Shown: positions 27,779-38,864, counted from the first letter of the stretch. The stretch is 64,000 nt of DNA from an uncultured Jutongia sp. (GCA_964511525.1 CAZEFX010000001.1:1047-65046), one strand, 5' to 3'. Numbers and translations: made by a program. The notes: a model not told the origin generated them from the sequence alone.

Positions 27779-29107
27779 TTACTTCACAAATACAAATTTC
27801 TCTAAATCAAATAGATTTCTGTCCTGGAACATATCTACAAAACATCCGCTTACATCATATTCCACACAAAGGAAGAGAGCGTGTCTTCCAGTTACTCCTT
27901 GTACTACAGTAGAGACAATTTGTGTGTTTGTGTTTACTAAACAGATGCCGATTTCTGTACCGTTTTCAGGGTCATCTAGCCGAAGATGAATCCTTGCACG
28001 GCAGCCACATCCACGAATGTATGCAAAGAATTTCATAGTACGATTGGTATTGTTTTCACCGAAATCAAAATATTTATATCCTATGATGCATTCATGTTTT
28101 ATATTTGTGACAATACGAGTAAATATATCTAATTCAGAGATAAAGCAGCCGCCAGTGAGATAGCAGGCAATTTCTGCTGGAGTAATCTCGTAAGGATTTA
28201 GAGAATCCTCAAAACCAAGAGAGGTCATTTCTACAGTAGGAATACTTCCATCTTCTAAAATGTTGATTTTTTCTACACAGGCTCGTCTGGACATTAAAGT
28301 ACCATTGGTCATTTTGTGATAAAAAATATACCATTGACCATTGATTTCACAAAGGGAACCATGATTGTTTCCTGCAGGATAGTGGTCAGAATTGTCTATT
28401 ATATATCCTCTATAGGTAAAGGGACCCGTTGGTTTGTCTGAGGTTGCATAGGCTAAGCGGCTTCCTAAGTTTGGAGAATAAATCAGATAATAAGTATCTC
28501 CAATTTTTCTAGGAGAGCAGGCTTCAAAAAAGCCAGCAGGTTCTTCCATGGGGAGAGTAGGAAGGATATGTTCCTGAAAGGTATTGTCTAGAATTTCGTA
28601 CATATTTTTCTCGTTTATTTGTGCCATATAAGACCGAGTATACCCACAATAAATGTATACTTTTCCATCGTCATCCACTAGTACACCAGGGTCAATGAAT
28701 TGTCCGTGGTCACAGACTTCTTCTGGTATATTGTACTGATAATGGGACAGGAACTGAAAAGGACCTTCTGGCTTGTCTGCTATAGCAACACATCCCTTTT
28801 TATTTAAAATATAGGCATAAAGATAATATTTTCCATCTTTTTCCACTACATCAGGTGCATAAAGTAAATTACCATTTTCTCCTAAATCCGATGGATAGTC
28901 TCTAGTGGCCTTTGTACGAAAAATATCCCCATGACATGTCCAATGGGATAAATTATAAATAGACGCACTCCATACCTTCAAACGGTAGTCACAGAAATGG
29001 TCAGAAGCTACTGTGTCATGAGAACCATAAATATAGATTCGCTCTCCGAAAAGATGGGGTTCTCCATCAGGAATATATTCCCAATTTGGCAAATAAGGGT
29101 TTGGCAT
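27779..29107 (-). CDS. Glycoside hydrolase family 43 with a C-terminal CBM6-like domain
   Basis: NPYLP..EYIPDGEP, YAPDV, IDPGV, FFEA and GNNHGS motifs. Confidence 0.85.
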   Translation of the reverse strand: MPNPYLPNWEYIPDGEPHLFGERIYIYGSHDTVASDHFCDYRLKVWSASIYNLSHWTCHGDIFRTKATRDYPSDLGENGNLLYAPDVVEKDGKYYLYAYILNKKGCVAIADKPEGPFQFLSHYQYNIPEEVCDHGQFIDPGVLVDDDGKVYIYCGYTRSYMAQINEKNMYEILDNTFQEHILPTLPMEEPAGFFEACSPRKIGDTYYLIYSPNLGSRLAYATSDKPTGPFTYRGYIIDNSDHYPAGNNHGSLCEINGQWYIFYHKMTNGTLMSRRACVEKINILEDGSIPTVEMTSLGFEDSLNPYEITPAEIACYLTGGCFISELDIFTRIVTNIKHECIIGYKYFDFGENNTNRTMKFFAYIRGCGCRARIHLRLDDPENGTEIGICLVNTNTQIVSTVVQGVTGRHALFLCVEYDVSGCFVDMFQDRNLFDLEKFVFVK

Positions 29108-29120
29108 GGTATTTCTCCTT

Positions 29121-30011
29121 TTAGTTATTTTTTTTCTCTTTTTTTCGATATTGCATTGGTGACATACCAAGCGTTCGCTTGAATAACCGGGTAAGCCCGC
29201 TATTGGTTTCCAGTCCTACGGCAGAAGTGATTTCTGCAATGGATAAATTGCTGTGAAGCAACAGCTCTTCTGCATATTGTATGCGAAGGTGATTGCAGTA
29301 ATTGTTGTAGTTAAATCCAGTGGCTTTTTTAAATAACCGGCTGAAATGATAATAGCTTAGGTTTACCATTTTGGCAGCCTCATCCATAGTAGGCATATTT
29401 TCCGGATGAGATAATATTTGGTTAATGACAGTATCTAAAATAGCAATATCGGAATAACTACGCTCTTCTTTTTGAAAGGTTAAAAAATCCTTTTCCAATA
29501 AATAATTCACTAGTCGTAAAAGCTGTAGACTGGTATTTAGATTTTGTTGGATACGATAATTTAAAGAAGGACTACTTTTCTGCTGAAATTGTGTCACATC
29601 ATTACAGAGAGAATAGAGTTCTTTTACTATTTCTTCTAAATAAGAATTTTTGGGAACCTGCACATAAGGTTTATCTTCAGCTTTCAAAGTTAAAATCGTA
29701 TTGGGGCTTATGGCAGTAGCATTTGCCTGCAAATAGTCTGGTGAAAATTGCAATATCATATCGTTTACCTCTGTTTTATTGGTGAATCCATGTACGGTTA
29801 ATGGAGTTAAAAAAAACAAAGAGCCTTCTCCAATTTCATAATATTTTCCATTGTAATATTCTTGTCTTGTTCCCTTTGTTATATAAGAAAGTTCATAATA
29901 GGAATGACAATGCAGGGGGAAATTTTGTTTGGCTTTATTTTCATATTTCCAACAACTGTAGTAGGAACCTGAGATAGATTCTTTCCATTGAAATGTATTT
30001 TGATATTCCAT
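29121..30011 (-). CDS. AraC family regulator (cupin plus HTH)
   Basis: LHCHSYYEL cupin motif; C-terminal AraC HTH (RLFKR..GMSP.QYR). Confidence 0.9.
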   Translation of the reverse strand: MEYQNTFQWKESISGSYYSCWKYENKAKQNFPLHCHSYYELSYITKGTRQEYYNGKYYEIGEGSLFFLTPLTVHGFTNKTEVNDMILQFSPDYLQANATAISPNTILTLKAEDKPYVQVPKNSYLEEIVKELYSLCNDVTQFQQKSSPSLNYRIQQNLNTSLQLLRLVNYLLEKDFLTFQKEERSYSDIAILDTVINQILSHPENMPTMDEAAKMVNLSYYHFSRLFKKATGFNYNNYCNHLRIQYAEELLLHSNLSIAEITSAVGLETNSGLTRLFKRTLGMSPMQYRKKEKKNN

Positions 30012-30201
30012 AGAGTAAGCACCTCCCGTTTCTAAATATAGTATGCAGAAAAAAGAGAAGAAACGCAATGATTTTTTGTGTAGCGAACAAAAATGGACAA
30101 AAAGCGAGCAAGGCGGGAAATTGTGTTTTTAAAGATGGGAAAATATAATGAAATTACATTGATTCTGAATTTGGAACAAAAATGGAATAGGAGGATAAAA
30201 C

Positions 30202-32808
30202 ATGAGAAAGGCATTACAAAAAAAAGCATTGGCAGGGGCACTTTCATTTGCAATGGTTCTGTCGAGTATAAGTGCACTTACTATGGATAGTGCAAAGGTA
30301 TCTGCGGAGGAGGAAGCTGCAGTTATTACAGGAACATTAGCAGCAGAGGATATTGATTTACGTCTGAAGTGGAATGACACATCCAACATTGGAGAAGAGC
30401 GGACAGTAACTCTTTCTAATGGCGATACCATTACTGTGAAAGATAATGGTAGTATGCGTGGGGATATGACTGCACAAAAGCTGGCGGATGAAGAAATGGG
30501 AGCTGGTATCAACTTGGGAAATACCATGGAGGCGGTATATTTAGTAGATGGTAAAAATGAGGCCTCAGCAAAAGATTTTGAAGGGATTTGGGGACAGCCT
30601 GAGACTACCAGAGCATACATCGATAAGATACATAGCTATGGTATTAATACTCTTCGTATTCCAGTGGCTTGGTCCAATGGTGACAATGATGATGGAACTT
30701 ACACCATTCGTGGAGAATTGTTAGATAGAGTAGAGGAAATTGCGAACTATGCTTTGGATAATGGTATGTATGTTATTATTAATGACCATTGGGATAATCA
30801 GTGGTGGGGACAGTTTGGTTCCTGCAAGAAGGACGAAAATGGTGATAAGGTAGCAAATGAGGAAATGCGTCAGGCTGCATGGAATCGCTATGAAAGCTAC
30901 TGGACTCAGATTGCAGAACGCTTTAAAGGCTATTCTGATCACTTGATTTTTGAAGGTGCTAACGAAGAATTAGGTGACCGCTTAAATGATGGTATCGTTA
31001 TTAATGATTGTCCGGCAAAGGGCTATTGTAAGCCAGACAATGCAAGCTATGATACAGAAGTAGTTAGTGGAAACTTAAGTACGGATGAGCTGTATGAAAC
31101 AGTGAATGCAATTAATCAGAAATTTGTGAATGTAGTTCGTAGCACAGGTGGAAATAATGAGGGAAGATTTCTTTTGATTCCTGGTTATAACACTAATTTT
31201 CAGGACACTGCAGATGAAAGATTTGTTATGCCGGAAGACACCGAAGAAAATGGAACGAATAAATTGTTTCTTTCGGTTCATTATTACACACCAACTCATT
31301 TTTGCTTAGACAGACCCAATGGAGATTATACCACAGCAGATCAGGCTGCTACGGTAGAATATTTTAAGGATTTACAGCGGTTCAGTGATGCAGGATATGG
31401 TATTATTGTTGGTGAGTGTGGAGTTTGTGAACCATCTGCTGTATCTGGAGGAGTAACCCAGTGGTTCTTGGATGTTTTCAAGGAAGCAGTGAAGTATCAT
31501 GCCGTTCCTGTTCTTTGGGATAATGGAGCTTATTTTGACCGCGTAACACCAGCAATTAATTATAAAGATATTGCGATTTTCTATAATACAATTAATGACG
31601 CGGATGGAACTATAGATACCGAGAGAGAAACCGGTGGTGCTTCTGGTGGTAGTGAAACAACAGATTTTGTATTTCCAGATTATTTAGATCAGAATGTATG
31701 GGATAATCAAGGCATCCATGCGTATCTTGCGTACCAGACAACTACCTGGGATTATAGAAATGCCTATACTCCAATCCGAGGTTTATCAAGCGGAAGTCAT
31801 AGCTGGGAATATATTCATGCTTCTGGTGCAGAAGTTACAGCTGCAGATACTACAGTAACAGATGTTAAACTTACTGAAAATGGCGAATATACCGTTGCAA
31901 TTGATGGAATTGATTTATCAGGTGCCAACTCCTTTAATATGCTTAGTATAGCTACCGATATTCCATTAAAGGATTATTCGGAGATTGTTGTATCTAATGC
32001 TGTAGTTAAATTTGATGGTGTAGAGTTAGAAGGAAGTCCATTTGAGTTGGTAGTAAAAACGGATGATAAGTATTATAACTTTATGCTGATTAATAAGTGG
32101 GATGGAGAAATACCTGTAGAGGATTATCCATTAGGTACCATTAATGCAAATGAAAATTTAGCAATGCCACAGCAGGGAATTGAAATTACATTTACAATTA
32201 GTGGTTTAGATACTGTTCTGAAAGAAATTGAAGAAGGTACCTATGTTAATCCGGAGATTGTACCAGAAACAACACCAACACCAGAAGTGACAGAGACGCC
32301 AGACACAACAGAGACTTCTGCACCAGTATCTACAAATCCAGCTACCGGTGGGGCAACAGTTGTACCGATACCTACTGATTCAACTGCAGTAACCAACACT
32401 ACTGCTACTGTTGGTAAGTATAAATATTCCCTGACCAAAGAAGCAGGTAAGAATACAGCTACCATAACCAGTTTAACGAAGAAGGATAAGAAGGCGAAGA
32501 AGTTATCTGTGCCTGCAACAGTAAAAGATAGTGATGGTACGGTGTATACAGTAAATGCTATTGGCAAGAAAGCGTTTTCAGGTGCCCAGGCAAGAACGAT
32601 TACTTTACCTAAGAATATCAAGGTGATTTCCAGTCAGGCATTTGCAAATTGCAAGAAGTTAAATACTCTGATATTAAAGGCAAAATTGGACAAGGTGGAG
32701 AAGAATGCGTTCAAGGGATGCAAGAAAGTAATTAAAGTAAAGGGTACTGCTAAGAAAGAAAATATAAAGAAATTAAAGAAATCAGGTTATAAGAAATTTA
32801 GGTCATAG
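30202..32808 (+). CDS. Secreted GH5 endoglucanase with accessory domain, PT linker and BspA-type LRR
   Basis: GINLGNT, RIPVAW, NDHWD, FEGANE (acid/base), HYY and VGE (nucleophile); IGKKAF/ISSQAFANC LRR repeats. Confidence 0.88.
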   Translation: MRKALQKKALAGALSFAMVLSSISALTMDSAKVSAEEEAAVITGTLAAEDIDLRLKWNDTSNIGEERTVTLSNGDTITVKDNGSMRGDMTAQKLADEEMGAGINLGNTMEAVYLVDGKNEASAKDFEGIWGQPETTRAYIDKIHSYGINTLRIPVAWSNGDNDDGTYTIRGELLDRVEEIANYALDNGMYVIINDHWDNQWWGQFGSCKKDENGDKVANEEMRQAAWNRYESYWTQIAERFKGYSDHLIFEGANEELGDRLNDGIVINDCPAKGYCKPDNASYDTEVVSGNLSTDELYETVNAINQKFVNVVRSTGGNNEGRFLLIPGYNTNFQDTADERFVMPEDTEENGTNKLFLSVHYYTPTHFCLDRPNGDYTTADQAATVEYFKDLQRFSDAGYGIIVGECGVCEPSAVSGGVTQWFLDVFKEAVKYHAVPVLWDNGAYFDRVTPAINYKDIAIFYNTINDADGTIDTERETGGASGGSETTDFVFPDYLDQNVWDNQGIHAYLAYQTTTWDYRNAYTPIRGLSSGSHSWEYIHASGAEVTAADTTVTDVKLTENGEYTVAIDGIDLSGANSFNMLSIATDIPLKDYSEIVVSNAVVKFDGVELEGSPFELVVKTDDKYYNFMLINKWDGEIPVEDYPLGTINANENLAMPQQGIEITFTISGLDTVLKEIEEGTYVNPEIVPETTPTPEVTETPDTTETSAPVSTNPATGGATVVPIPTDSTAVTNTTATVGKYKYSLTKEAGKNTATITSLTKKDKKAKKLSVPATVKDSDGTVYTVNAIGKKAFSGAQARTITLPKNIKVISSQAFANCKKLNTLILKAKLDKVEKNAFKGCKKVIKVKGTAKKENIKKLKKSGYKKFRS

Positions 32809-32830
32809 GAAAAAACTATAATAAAAAATC

Positions 32831-32858
32831 TTGACATATCCAGAGGTCAGAGTATAAT
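32831..32858 (+). promoter_or_regulatory. SigA promoter of the trp operon
   Basis: TTGACA-16-TATAAT. Confidence 0.75.
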
Positions 32859-32924
32859 GAAAAACAATTTTAGCACATGTTGAAGATTTCGGCATATGTT
32901 GAAATACAACCTAATAAAATTTAA

Positions 32925-33234
32925 ACCGTTGAAGTGGAGATAAAAATAAACGGGCCCATACAGAGAGCTGGGATTGCTGAGAACCGGCAGGATGCTATTT
33001 ATTAAATGGACCACTGAGGGCGTAGTCAAAGGGAAGTGATTCCTGAGTATTCTACGACGTGCAGGCATACGTAAGTTGCCAGGAATATGTTGGTATTCTG
33101 ATGAGAGTGTGGATTCCACAAATCAAGGTGGCACCGCGGTATATGGAAATATTGGAACAGTTGCCAGTAAGCAATTGTTAGTGTATATTTACCGTCCTTG
33201 ACAATAGTTTTCTATTGTCAAGGGCGGTTTTTTG
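32925..33234 (+). promoter_or_regulatory. T-box riboswitch (Trp specifier)
   Basis: AGAGA and GCTGAGA motifs, specifier TGG at 33007-33009, T-box AAGGTGGCACCGCG at about 33125-33138, terminator 33191-33234. Confidence 0.92.
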
Positions 33235-33351
33235 CTTTATAGACTAACGAGTCAAGTTGGTCCTATAAAGCGAAAAATGTTCCGCAGGATGCCTTGCAGA
33301 GCAACGCATGAATATTGCTCTTAATCTCTGATCAGAAAGAAAGGAGAAAAC

Positions 33352-34821
33352 ATGATTACATTGGAAGAAGCGAAAAAACTGGCAGATGGCTACAAGGTAG
33401 TTCCTATTAGTCAGGAAATTATGGCGGATGTAAAAACGCCCATGGAAGTAGTAAAAATTTTAAAGGGAGTCAGTTCCCACTGCTACATGCTGGAAAGCGT
33501 AGAGGAACAAAAGCGTTGGGGACGGTATACCTTTCTTGGATTTGAACCGGCTATGGAAATAACCTGCACGGATGGAAAATTGACAATTCAAAAAGGAGAA
33601 GGCTTGCAGGAAGAGATTCAGAAAAAAGTAAAACATCCGGGCTCTATCATTACTGAAATTATGAAGGATTATCGGAGTCCTAAAATTCGTACATTACCAA
33701 GCTTTACAGGAGGGCTGGTGGGGTATTTTGCCTACGATTATGCAAAGTATAGTGAACCGACCTTAGAGCTGGATGCCAAAGATGAAGAAGGTTTTAAGGA
33801 TGTGGATTTAATGCTTTTTGATAAGGTGATTGCCTTTGATCATTTTCGACAGAAAATTATTATCATTGTTAATGCAAAGGTGGAAAATTTGGAACAGGAA
33901 TATAAAAGAGCCTGTATGGAAGTAGAAAGGATTATAGAACTCATAAAAAAAGGGGAGCCGGTAAAGATAGCACCGGGAAAGTTAAAATCCCCATTGCGAC
34001 AGCTATTTCAGAAGGAAGCTTATTGCAGCATGATTGAAAAGACAAAGAAGTATATTTTAGAAGGAGACATTTTTCAGGTAGTGTTATCCAACCGGCTGGA
34101 TGCAGATTTTGAGGGAAGCTTGTTTAATGCCTATCGGGTACTGCGAACTATTAACCCATCTCCCTATATGTTTTATTTTAGCTCCAATAACATAGAGGTT
34201 GCTGGAGCCTCTCCGGAAACACTGGTGAAGCTGGAGGATGGAGAACTTCATACCTTTCCTTTAGCAGGCACCAGACCAAGAGGGGAAACACCAGAAGAAG
34301 ACCTGCGGTTGGAACAGGAACTATTGCAGGATGAAAAGGAGCTGGCAGAGCACAACATGCTGGTGGATTTAGGAAGAAATGATTTGGGAAAGGTCAGTAA
34401 GTTTGGCAGTGTGGAAGTGGAAAAATATATGTCCATTGAGAGGTATTCCCATGTGATGCATATCGGTTCCACCGTCCGGGGAGCCATTCGGGAGGATAAA
34501 ATGCCATTGGATGTCATTGATGCAGTACTGCCAGCAGGAACCTTATCCGGTGCTCCAAAAATCAGAGCCATGGAGATTATAAACCAGTTGGAAAATAATA
34601 AGCGGGGAATTTACGGAGGTGCTATTGGCTATATTGATTTTACTGGAAATCTGGATACCTGTATTGCCATTCGGATTGCCTATAAGAAAAATGGAAAGGT
34701 TTTTGTACGCTCTGGTGCCGGGATTGTGGCAGACAGTGTACCAGAAAAGGAATATGAGGAATGCATCAATAAAGCAAAGGCAGTAGTGAAAGCATTGGAA
34801 GCAGGGGAGGAGGAAATTTAA
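33352..34821 (+). CDS. trpE: Anthranilate synthase component I
   Basis: LESVE, GDIFQVV, NPSPY, SPE, EHNMLVDLGRND and GTLSGAPK motifs. Confidence 0.95.
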   Translation: MITLEEAKKLADGYKVVPISQEIMADVKTPMEVVKILKGVSSHCYMLESVEEQKRWGRYTFLGFEPAMEITCTDGKLTIQKGEGLQEEIQKKVKHPGSIITEIMKDYRSPKIRTLPSFTGGLVGYFAYDYAKYSEPTLELDAKDEEGFKDVDLMLFDKVIAFDHFRQKIIIIVNAKVENLEQEYKRACMEVERIIELIKKGEPVKIAPGKLKSPLRQLFQKEAYCSMIEKTKKYILEGDIFQVVLSNRLDADFEGSLFNAYRVLRTINPSPYMFYFSSNNIEVAGASPETLVKLEDGELHTFPLAGTRPRGETPEEDLRLEQELLQDEKELAEHNMLVDLGRNDLGKVSKFGSVEVEKYMSIERYSHVMHIGSTVRGAIREDKMPLDVIDAVLPAGTLSGAPKIRAMEIINQLENNKRGIYGGAIGYIDFTGNLDTCIAIRIAYKKNGKVFVRSGAGIVADSVPEKEYEECINKAKAVVKALEAGEEEI

Positions 34822-36468
34822 ATGGTATTGTTGATTGATAATTATGATAGTTTTTCTTATAACCTATACCAGTTGGTTGGGGAAATCTGTTGGGATATTA
34901 AAGTAATACGGAATGATGAGTTATCGGTGGAAGAAATTCAAACCTTGGAGCCTACCCATATTATTTTGTCTCCGGGACCGGGAAGACCAGAAGATGCTGG
35001 AATCTGTGAAGAACTAGTAAGAAAACTTGGTGGAAAGATTCCGATACTGGGAGTTTGTCTCGGTCATCAGGCGATTTGTGAAGCATATGGTGCAAAGATA
35101 ACCTATGCAAAACAATTAATGCATGGGAAGTCCTCAGAGATAAGTCTGGCAAAGGACAGCAGATTGTTTCAGGGCTTAGATGAAACAGTACAGGTAGCAA
35201 GGTATCATTCCCTTGCAACCGGTAGTGAAAGTATTCCTGAGGAATTGGTAGTAACAGCTGTAACAGCAGATGGGGAAGTTATGGCGGTGGAACATAGATG
35301 TTATCCAGTATATGGAGTGCAGTTTCATCCGGAATCTATTTTGACGCCAGAGGGAAAGCAAATATTAGAAAATTTTATGAGAATAGAAACAAAGCAAGAG
35401 TTTAGTGAAGGAAAGCAAAAGACCAGGGAAAGAACAGTGGGTCTAGCAGAAAAGAGGGGAAATATGATTAAAGAAGCTATTGCAAAGGTTGTAAATAAAG
35501 AAGATTTAAGTAATGAAATGATGACACAGGTTATGAATGAAATTATGGAAGGAGTGGCAACAGATGCTCAGAAGGCTTCCTTCCTAACTGCTATGAATAT
35601 GAAGGGGGAAACCATCGAAGAAATCACTTCCGCAGCAAGAGTAATGCGTAATCATTGTGAACGGTTTTTAAATGATATGGACGTATTGGAAATTGTGGGA
35701 ACAGGAGGAGATGGCTCCAATAGTATTAATATTTCTACCTTGGCATCTATCGTAGTTTCCTCTGTAGGAATTCCCGTGGCGAAGCATGGAAACAGAGCGG
35801 CCTCCAGCCAGTGTGGAACTGCGGATTGTCTGGAAGCTTTAGGGGTGAAAATCGATTTATCCCCAGAAGTAAGTGCCGGGATTTTGAAGGAGTTAAATAT
35901 CTGCTTCTTATTTGCACAAAAGTATCATACTGCCATGAGGTTCGTTGGTGGAGTAAGAAAGGAAATGGGAGTTAGGACATTATTTAATTGTCTGGGACCT
36001 CTTGCGAATCCTGCCGGAGCCAGTATGCAGCTTTTAGGAGTGTATGGAAAGGATTTGGTGGAGCCTTTGGCAAGAGTGCTGGTGAATCTGGGAGTAAAAA
36101 GTGCCATGGTGGTATATGGGGAAGACAATATAGATGAAATTTCTTTAAGTGCACCTACCTTTGTGTGCGAAGCTATCAATGGAGAATTTCATACCTATGA
36201 AATGAAGCCGGAGGATTATGGATTTACCCGATGTAAAAAAGAAGATTTGGTGGGAGGAGCCCCACAGGAAAATGCAGCCATAGCCAGAAGAATTCTGGAA
36301 GGGGAGCAGGGACCAAAGACAGATGCCGTTATTTTAAATGCAGGAGCTGCTATCCATATTGCCAAAGGCTGTACCATTCAGAAAGGTATTGAAATTGCAA
36401 GAGAAGCTATTCAAAGTGGAAAGGCATTGGCGCAGCTGGAGAAGTTTATAGCTTGTAGCAATCGTTAA
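34822..36468 (+). CDS. trpGD: TrpG-TrpD fusion (glutamine amidotransferase plus anthranilate phosphoribosyltransferase)
   Basis: IDNYDSF, GVCLGHQ and FHPES, followed by VGTGGDG and KHGNR; internal RBS and ATG at 35464. Confidence 0.88.
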   Translation: MVLLIDNYDSFSYNLYQLVGEICWDIKVIRNDELSVEEIQTLEPTHIILSPGPGRPEDAGICEELVRKLGGKIPILGVCLGHQAICEAYGAKITYAKQLMHGKSSEISLAKDSRLFQGLDETVQVARYHSLATGSESIPEELVVTAVTADGEVMAVEHRCYPVYGVQFHPESILTPEGKQILENFMRIETKQEFSEGKQKTRERTVGLAEKRGNMIKEAIAKVVNKEDLSNEMMTQVMNEIMEGVATDAQKASFLTAMNMKGETIEEITSAARVMRNHCERFLNDMDVLEIVGTGGDGSNSINISTLASIVVSSVGIPVAKHGNRAASSQCGTADCLEALGVKIDLSPEVSAGILKELNICFLFAQKYHTAMRFVGGVRKEMGVRTLFNCLGPLANPAGASMQLLGVYGKDLVEPLARVLVNLGVKSAMVVYGEDNIDEISLSAPTFVCEAINGEFHTYEMKPEDYGFTRCKKEDLVGGAPQENAAIARRILEGEQGPKTDAVILNAGAAIHIAKGCTIQKGIEIAREAIQSGKALAQLEKFIACSNR

Positions 36469-36479
36469 TCTAAGAAAGG

Positions 36480-37343
36480 GTGAGTTCCATGAATATTTTA
36501 GAAGAAATTGCAGAGAAGAGAAAGATAGATATTGCTGCCAGAAAGGAAAGGATTCCTTTTGACCAGATGAAGACCAAGGCGGAAGCTATGGCAGCAAAGG
36601 AAAAAGCAGAGAATGGAAAATTTCTATTTCCCTTTCAAAAAAGTATTTCGGGTGTGGGAATCCATTTTATCTGCGAAGTAAAAAAGGCTTCTCCATCCAA
36701 AGGTATTATTGTAAAAGACTTTCCCTATCTGGAGATTGCCAGGGAATATGAACAGGCAGGGGCATCTGCTCTGTCAGTATTAACAGAACCAGAATATTTT
36801 CTGGGAAGAGATGCCTATTTACAAGAAATTGCAGAGGCGGTATCCTTGCCGGTTTTACGAAAGGATTTTACGGTGGATGCTTATCAGATTTATGAAGCAA
36901 AGCTTCTGGGAGCTTCAGCTGTTTTGCTGATTTGTAGTCTGCTAAAAGATAAGGAATTAAAGAAGTTTTTACAGATTGCAGGGAGTATTGGATTATCTGC
37001 TCTGGTAGAAACCCATGACCAGGAAGAAATTAAGCGGGCTTTGGAGGCAGGAGCGGAAATCATTGGAGTTAATAACCGGGATTTAAAGACCTTTCAGGTG
37101 GATGTGAACCATAGCATCAAGCTGCGAAAACTGGTGCCGGATAATATCTTATTTGTTTCGGAAAGTGGCATCAAAACTTCGGAAGACATAAAACAGCTTC
37201 GGGAAAACGGAACCAATGGAGTATTAATTGGAGAAACCTTAATGAGAAGTAGGGACAAAAGGGCGGTGCTGCAGGAATTATCAGGGAAGAAGGGCGAATG
37301 TGAAAACAATTTTGCAACTAAGGGAAAGGAAGTTGTAGGATGA
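36480..37343 (+). CDS. trpC: Indole-3-glycerol phosphate synthase
   Basis: EVKKASPSKG, LRKDF, GVNNRDL and SESGI motifs. Confidence 0.95.
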   Translation: MSSMNILEEIAEKRKIDIAARKERIPFDQMKTKAEAMAAKEKAENGKFLFPFQKSISGVGIHFICEVKKASPSKGIIVKDFPYLEIAREYEQAGASALSVLTEPEYFLGRDAYLQEIAEAVSLPVLRKDFTVDAYQIYEAKLLGASAVLLICSLLKDKELKKFLQIAGSIGLSALVETHDQEEIKRALEAGAEIIGVNNRDLKTFQVDVNHSIKLRKLVPDNILFVSESGIKTSEDIKQLRENGTNGVLIGETLMRSRDKRAVLQELSGKKGECENNFATKGKEVVG

Positions 37344-37954
37344 AAAAAATCAAAATCTGTGGTTTGCAAAGAGAAGAGGATATTGTTTATGCTAATGAAT
37401 GTAAGCCGGATTATATTGGATTTGTTTTTGCTGACAGCAAAAGAAAAGTAACAAAGACTCAGGCAAAGCATTTAAAAGAACTTCTTCATCCGGATATTGT
37501 GGCTGTAGGCGTATTTGTTAATGAAGAAGTGACAAAGGTAGCAGAGCTGGTAATGGAAGGGGTTATTCAAATGGTTCAGCTTCATGGAGAAGAGGATGAT
37601 GCCTATATAGAAAATCTTCGGAAGCGGATAGGAGATATAAAAATCATTAAGGCAGTCCGGGTTGCATCAAAAGAGGATGTGACAGGGTGTCAGAAGAGCG
37701 GGGCAGACTATTTGCTTTTTGATTCCTATTCTACGAAGGCGTATGGAGGTACTGGTAAAACCTTTGATTGGAATTTAATCCAAGAGATGAATACCCCTTT
37801 CTTTCTGGCAGGAGGAATCCAGAAGGAGAATCTTCAGGAGGCAGCAGCTTTGAAATCTTTGTATGCCCTGGATATTAGCAGTGCTGTGGAAACAGAAGGA
37901 AATAAGGACAGAAAAAAGATGCTGGAAATTGTGCGAAAAGTAAGGGAGCTGTAG
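37340..37954 (+). CDS. trpF: Phosphoribosylanthranilate isomerase
   Basis: KICGL, QLHGEE, GGTGKTFDW and LAGG motifs. Confidence 0.95.
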   Translation: MKKIKICGLQREEDIVYANECKPDYIGFVFADSKRKVTKTQAKHLKELLHPDIVAVGVFVNEEVTKVAELVMEGVIQMVQLHGEEDDAYIENLRKRIGDIKIIKAVRVASKEDVTGCQKSGADYLLFDSYSTKAYGGTGKTFDWNLIQEMNTPFFLAGGIQKENLQEAAALKSLYALDISSAVETEGNKDRKKMLEIVRKVREL

Positions 37955-38036
37955 AAGATATTTTGAAATAGAGCAGAAAAGGTAATAGAAAGCATAGTAC
38001 AATTTACAGAAGTAATTGTGCAGAAAGGAGCGTAAT

Positions 38037-38813
38037 ATGAGTAGAATAAAAGAAGCATTTGAAAATAAAAAAGCATTTGTTGGATTTTTAACTGCCGGAG
38101 ATCCTTCGTTAGAAAAAACAGAGGAATTTATAATAGAAATGGAGCAGGCAGGGGCGGCTTTGATTGAAATAGGAATTCCATTTTCTGATCCTATTGCGGA
38201 AGGTCCTGTGATACAGGATGCTAATGTAAGAGCATTGTCTGCCCCGGGAGGCTGTACCACAGACATGGTATTTGATATGATTGAAAGAGTGAATAAAAAG
38301 ATATCTGTGCCATTGGTGCTTCTAACCTATCTAAATCCGGTATTTAAATATGGATATGAAGCATTTTGTAAACGTTGCAGACAAGTGGGAGTCAGCGGAA
38401 TAATTATTCCGGATATGCCTTTTGAAGAGAGGGGGGAACTGGCAGCTATTGCAGAAGGACAGGGCGTGGATTTAATCGCTCTAATTGCCCCTACCAGCCA
38501 GCAGCGGATTCAAATGATAGCCAGAGAGGCGAAGGGATATATTTATTTGGTTTCTTCTCTGGGAGTAACTGGCACCCGTAGTGAAATTACCACAGATATT
38601 GAGGGAATTGTAGACAGCATTCGTCAGGTGACAGACACACCGGTAGCAGTGGGATTTGGGATACACACACCGGAGCAGGCAGAAAAATATGGAAAAATGG
38701 CAGATGGTGTCATTGTAGGAAGTGCCATTGTAAAAATCATTGGGACCCATGGACATCAGGCAGCAAAGCCAGTCTACGAGTATGTTAAGTCTATGGTGGA
38801 TGCCATAAAATAA
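38037..38813 (+). CDS. trpA: Tryptophan synthase alpha chain
   Basis: EIGIPFSDPIAEGPVIQ, GVTG, VGFGI and DGVIVGSA motifs. Confidence 0.95.
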   Translation: MSRIKEAFENKKAFVGFLTAGDPSLEKTEEFIIEMEQAGAALIEIGIPFSDPIAEGPVIQDANVRALSAPGGCTTDMVFDMIERVNKKISVPLVLLTYLNPVFKYGYEAFCKRCRQVGVSGIIIPDMPFEERGELAAIAEGQGVDLIALIAPTSQQRIQMIAREAKGYIYLVSSLGVTGTRSEITTDIEGIVDSIRQVTDTPVAVGFGIHTPEQAEKYGKMADGVIVGSAIVKIIGTHGHQAAKPVYEYVKSMVDAIK

Positions 38814-38825
38814 AAAAACAGTAAC

Positions 38826-38864
38826 AAGAACAAGGAGACACTTAGGTGTTTCCTTGTTTCTTTT
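38826..38864 (+). terminator. Intrinsic terminator ending the trp operon
   Basis: AACAAGGAGACAC/GTGTTTCCTTGTT followed by a T tract. Confidence 0.7.

Noticed and set aside
32847-33119. 90-aa minus-strand ORF
   Set aside because: It is antisense to the T-box leader and has no coding signal.
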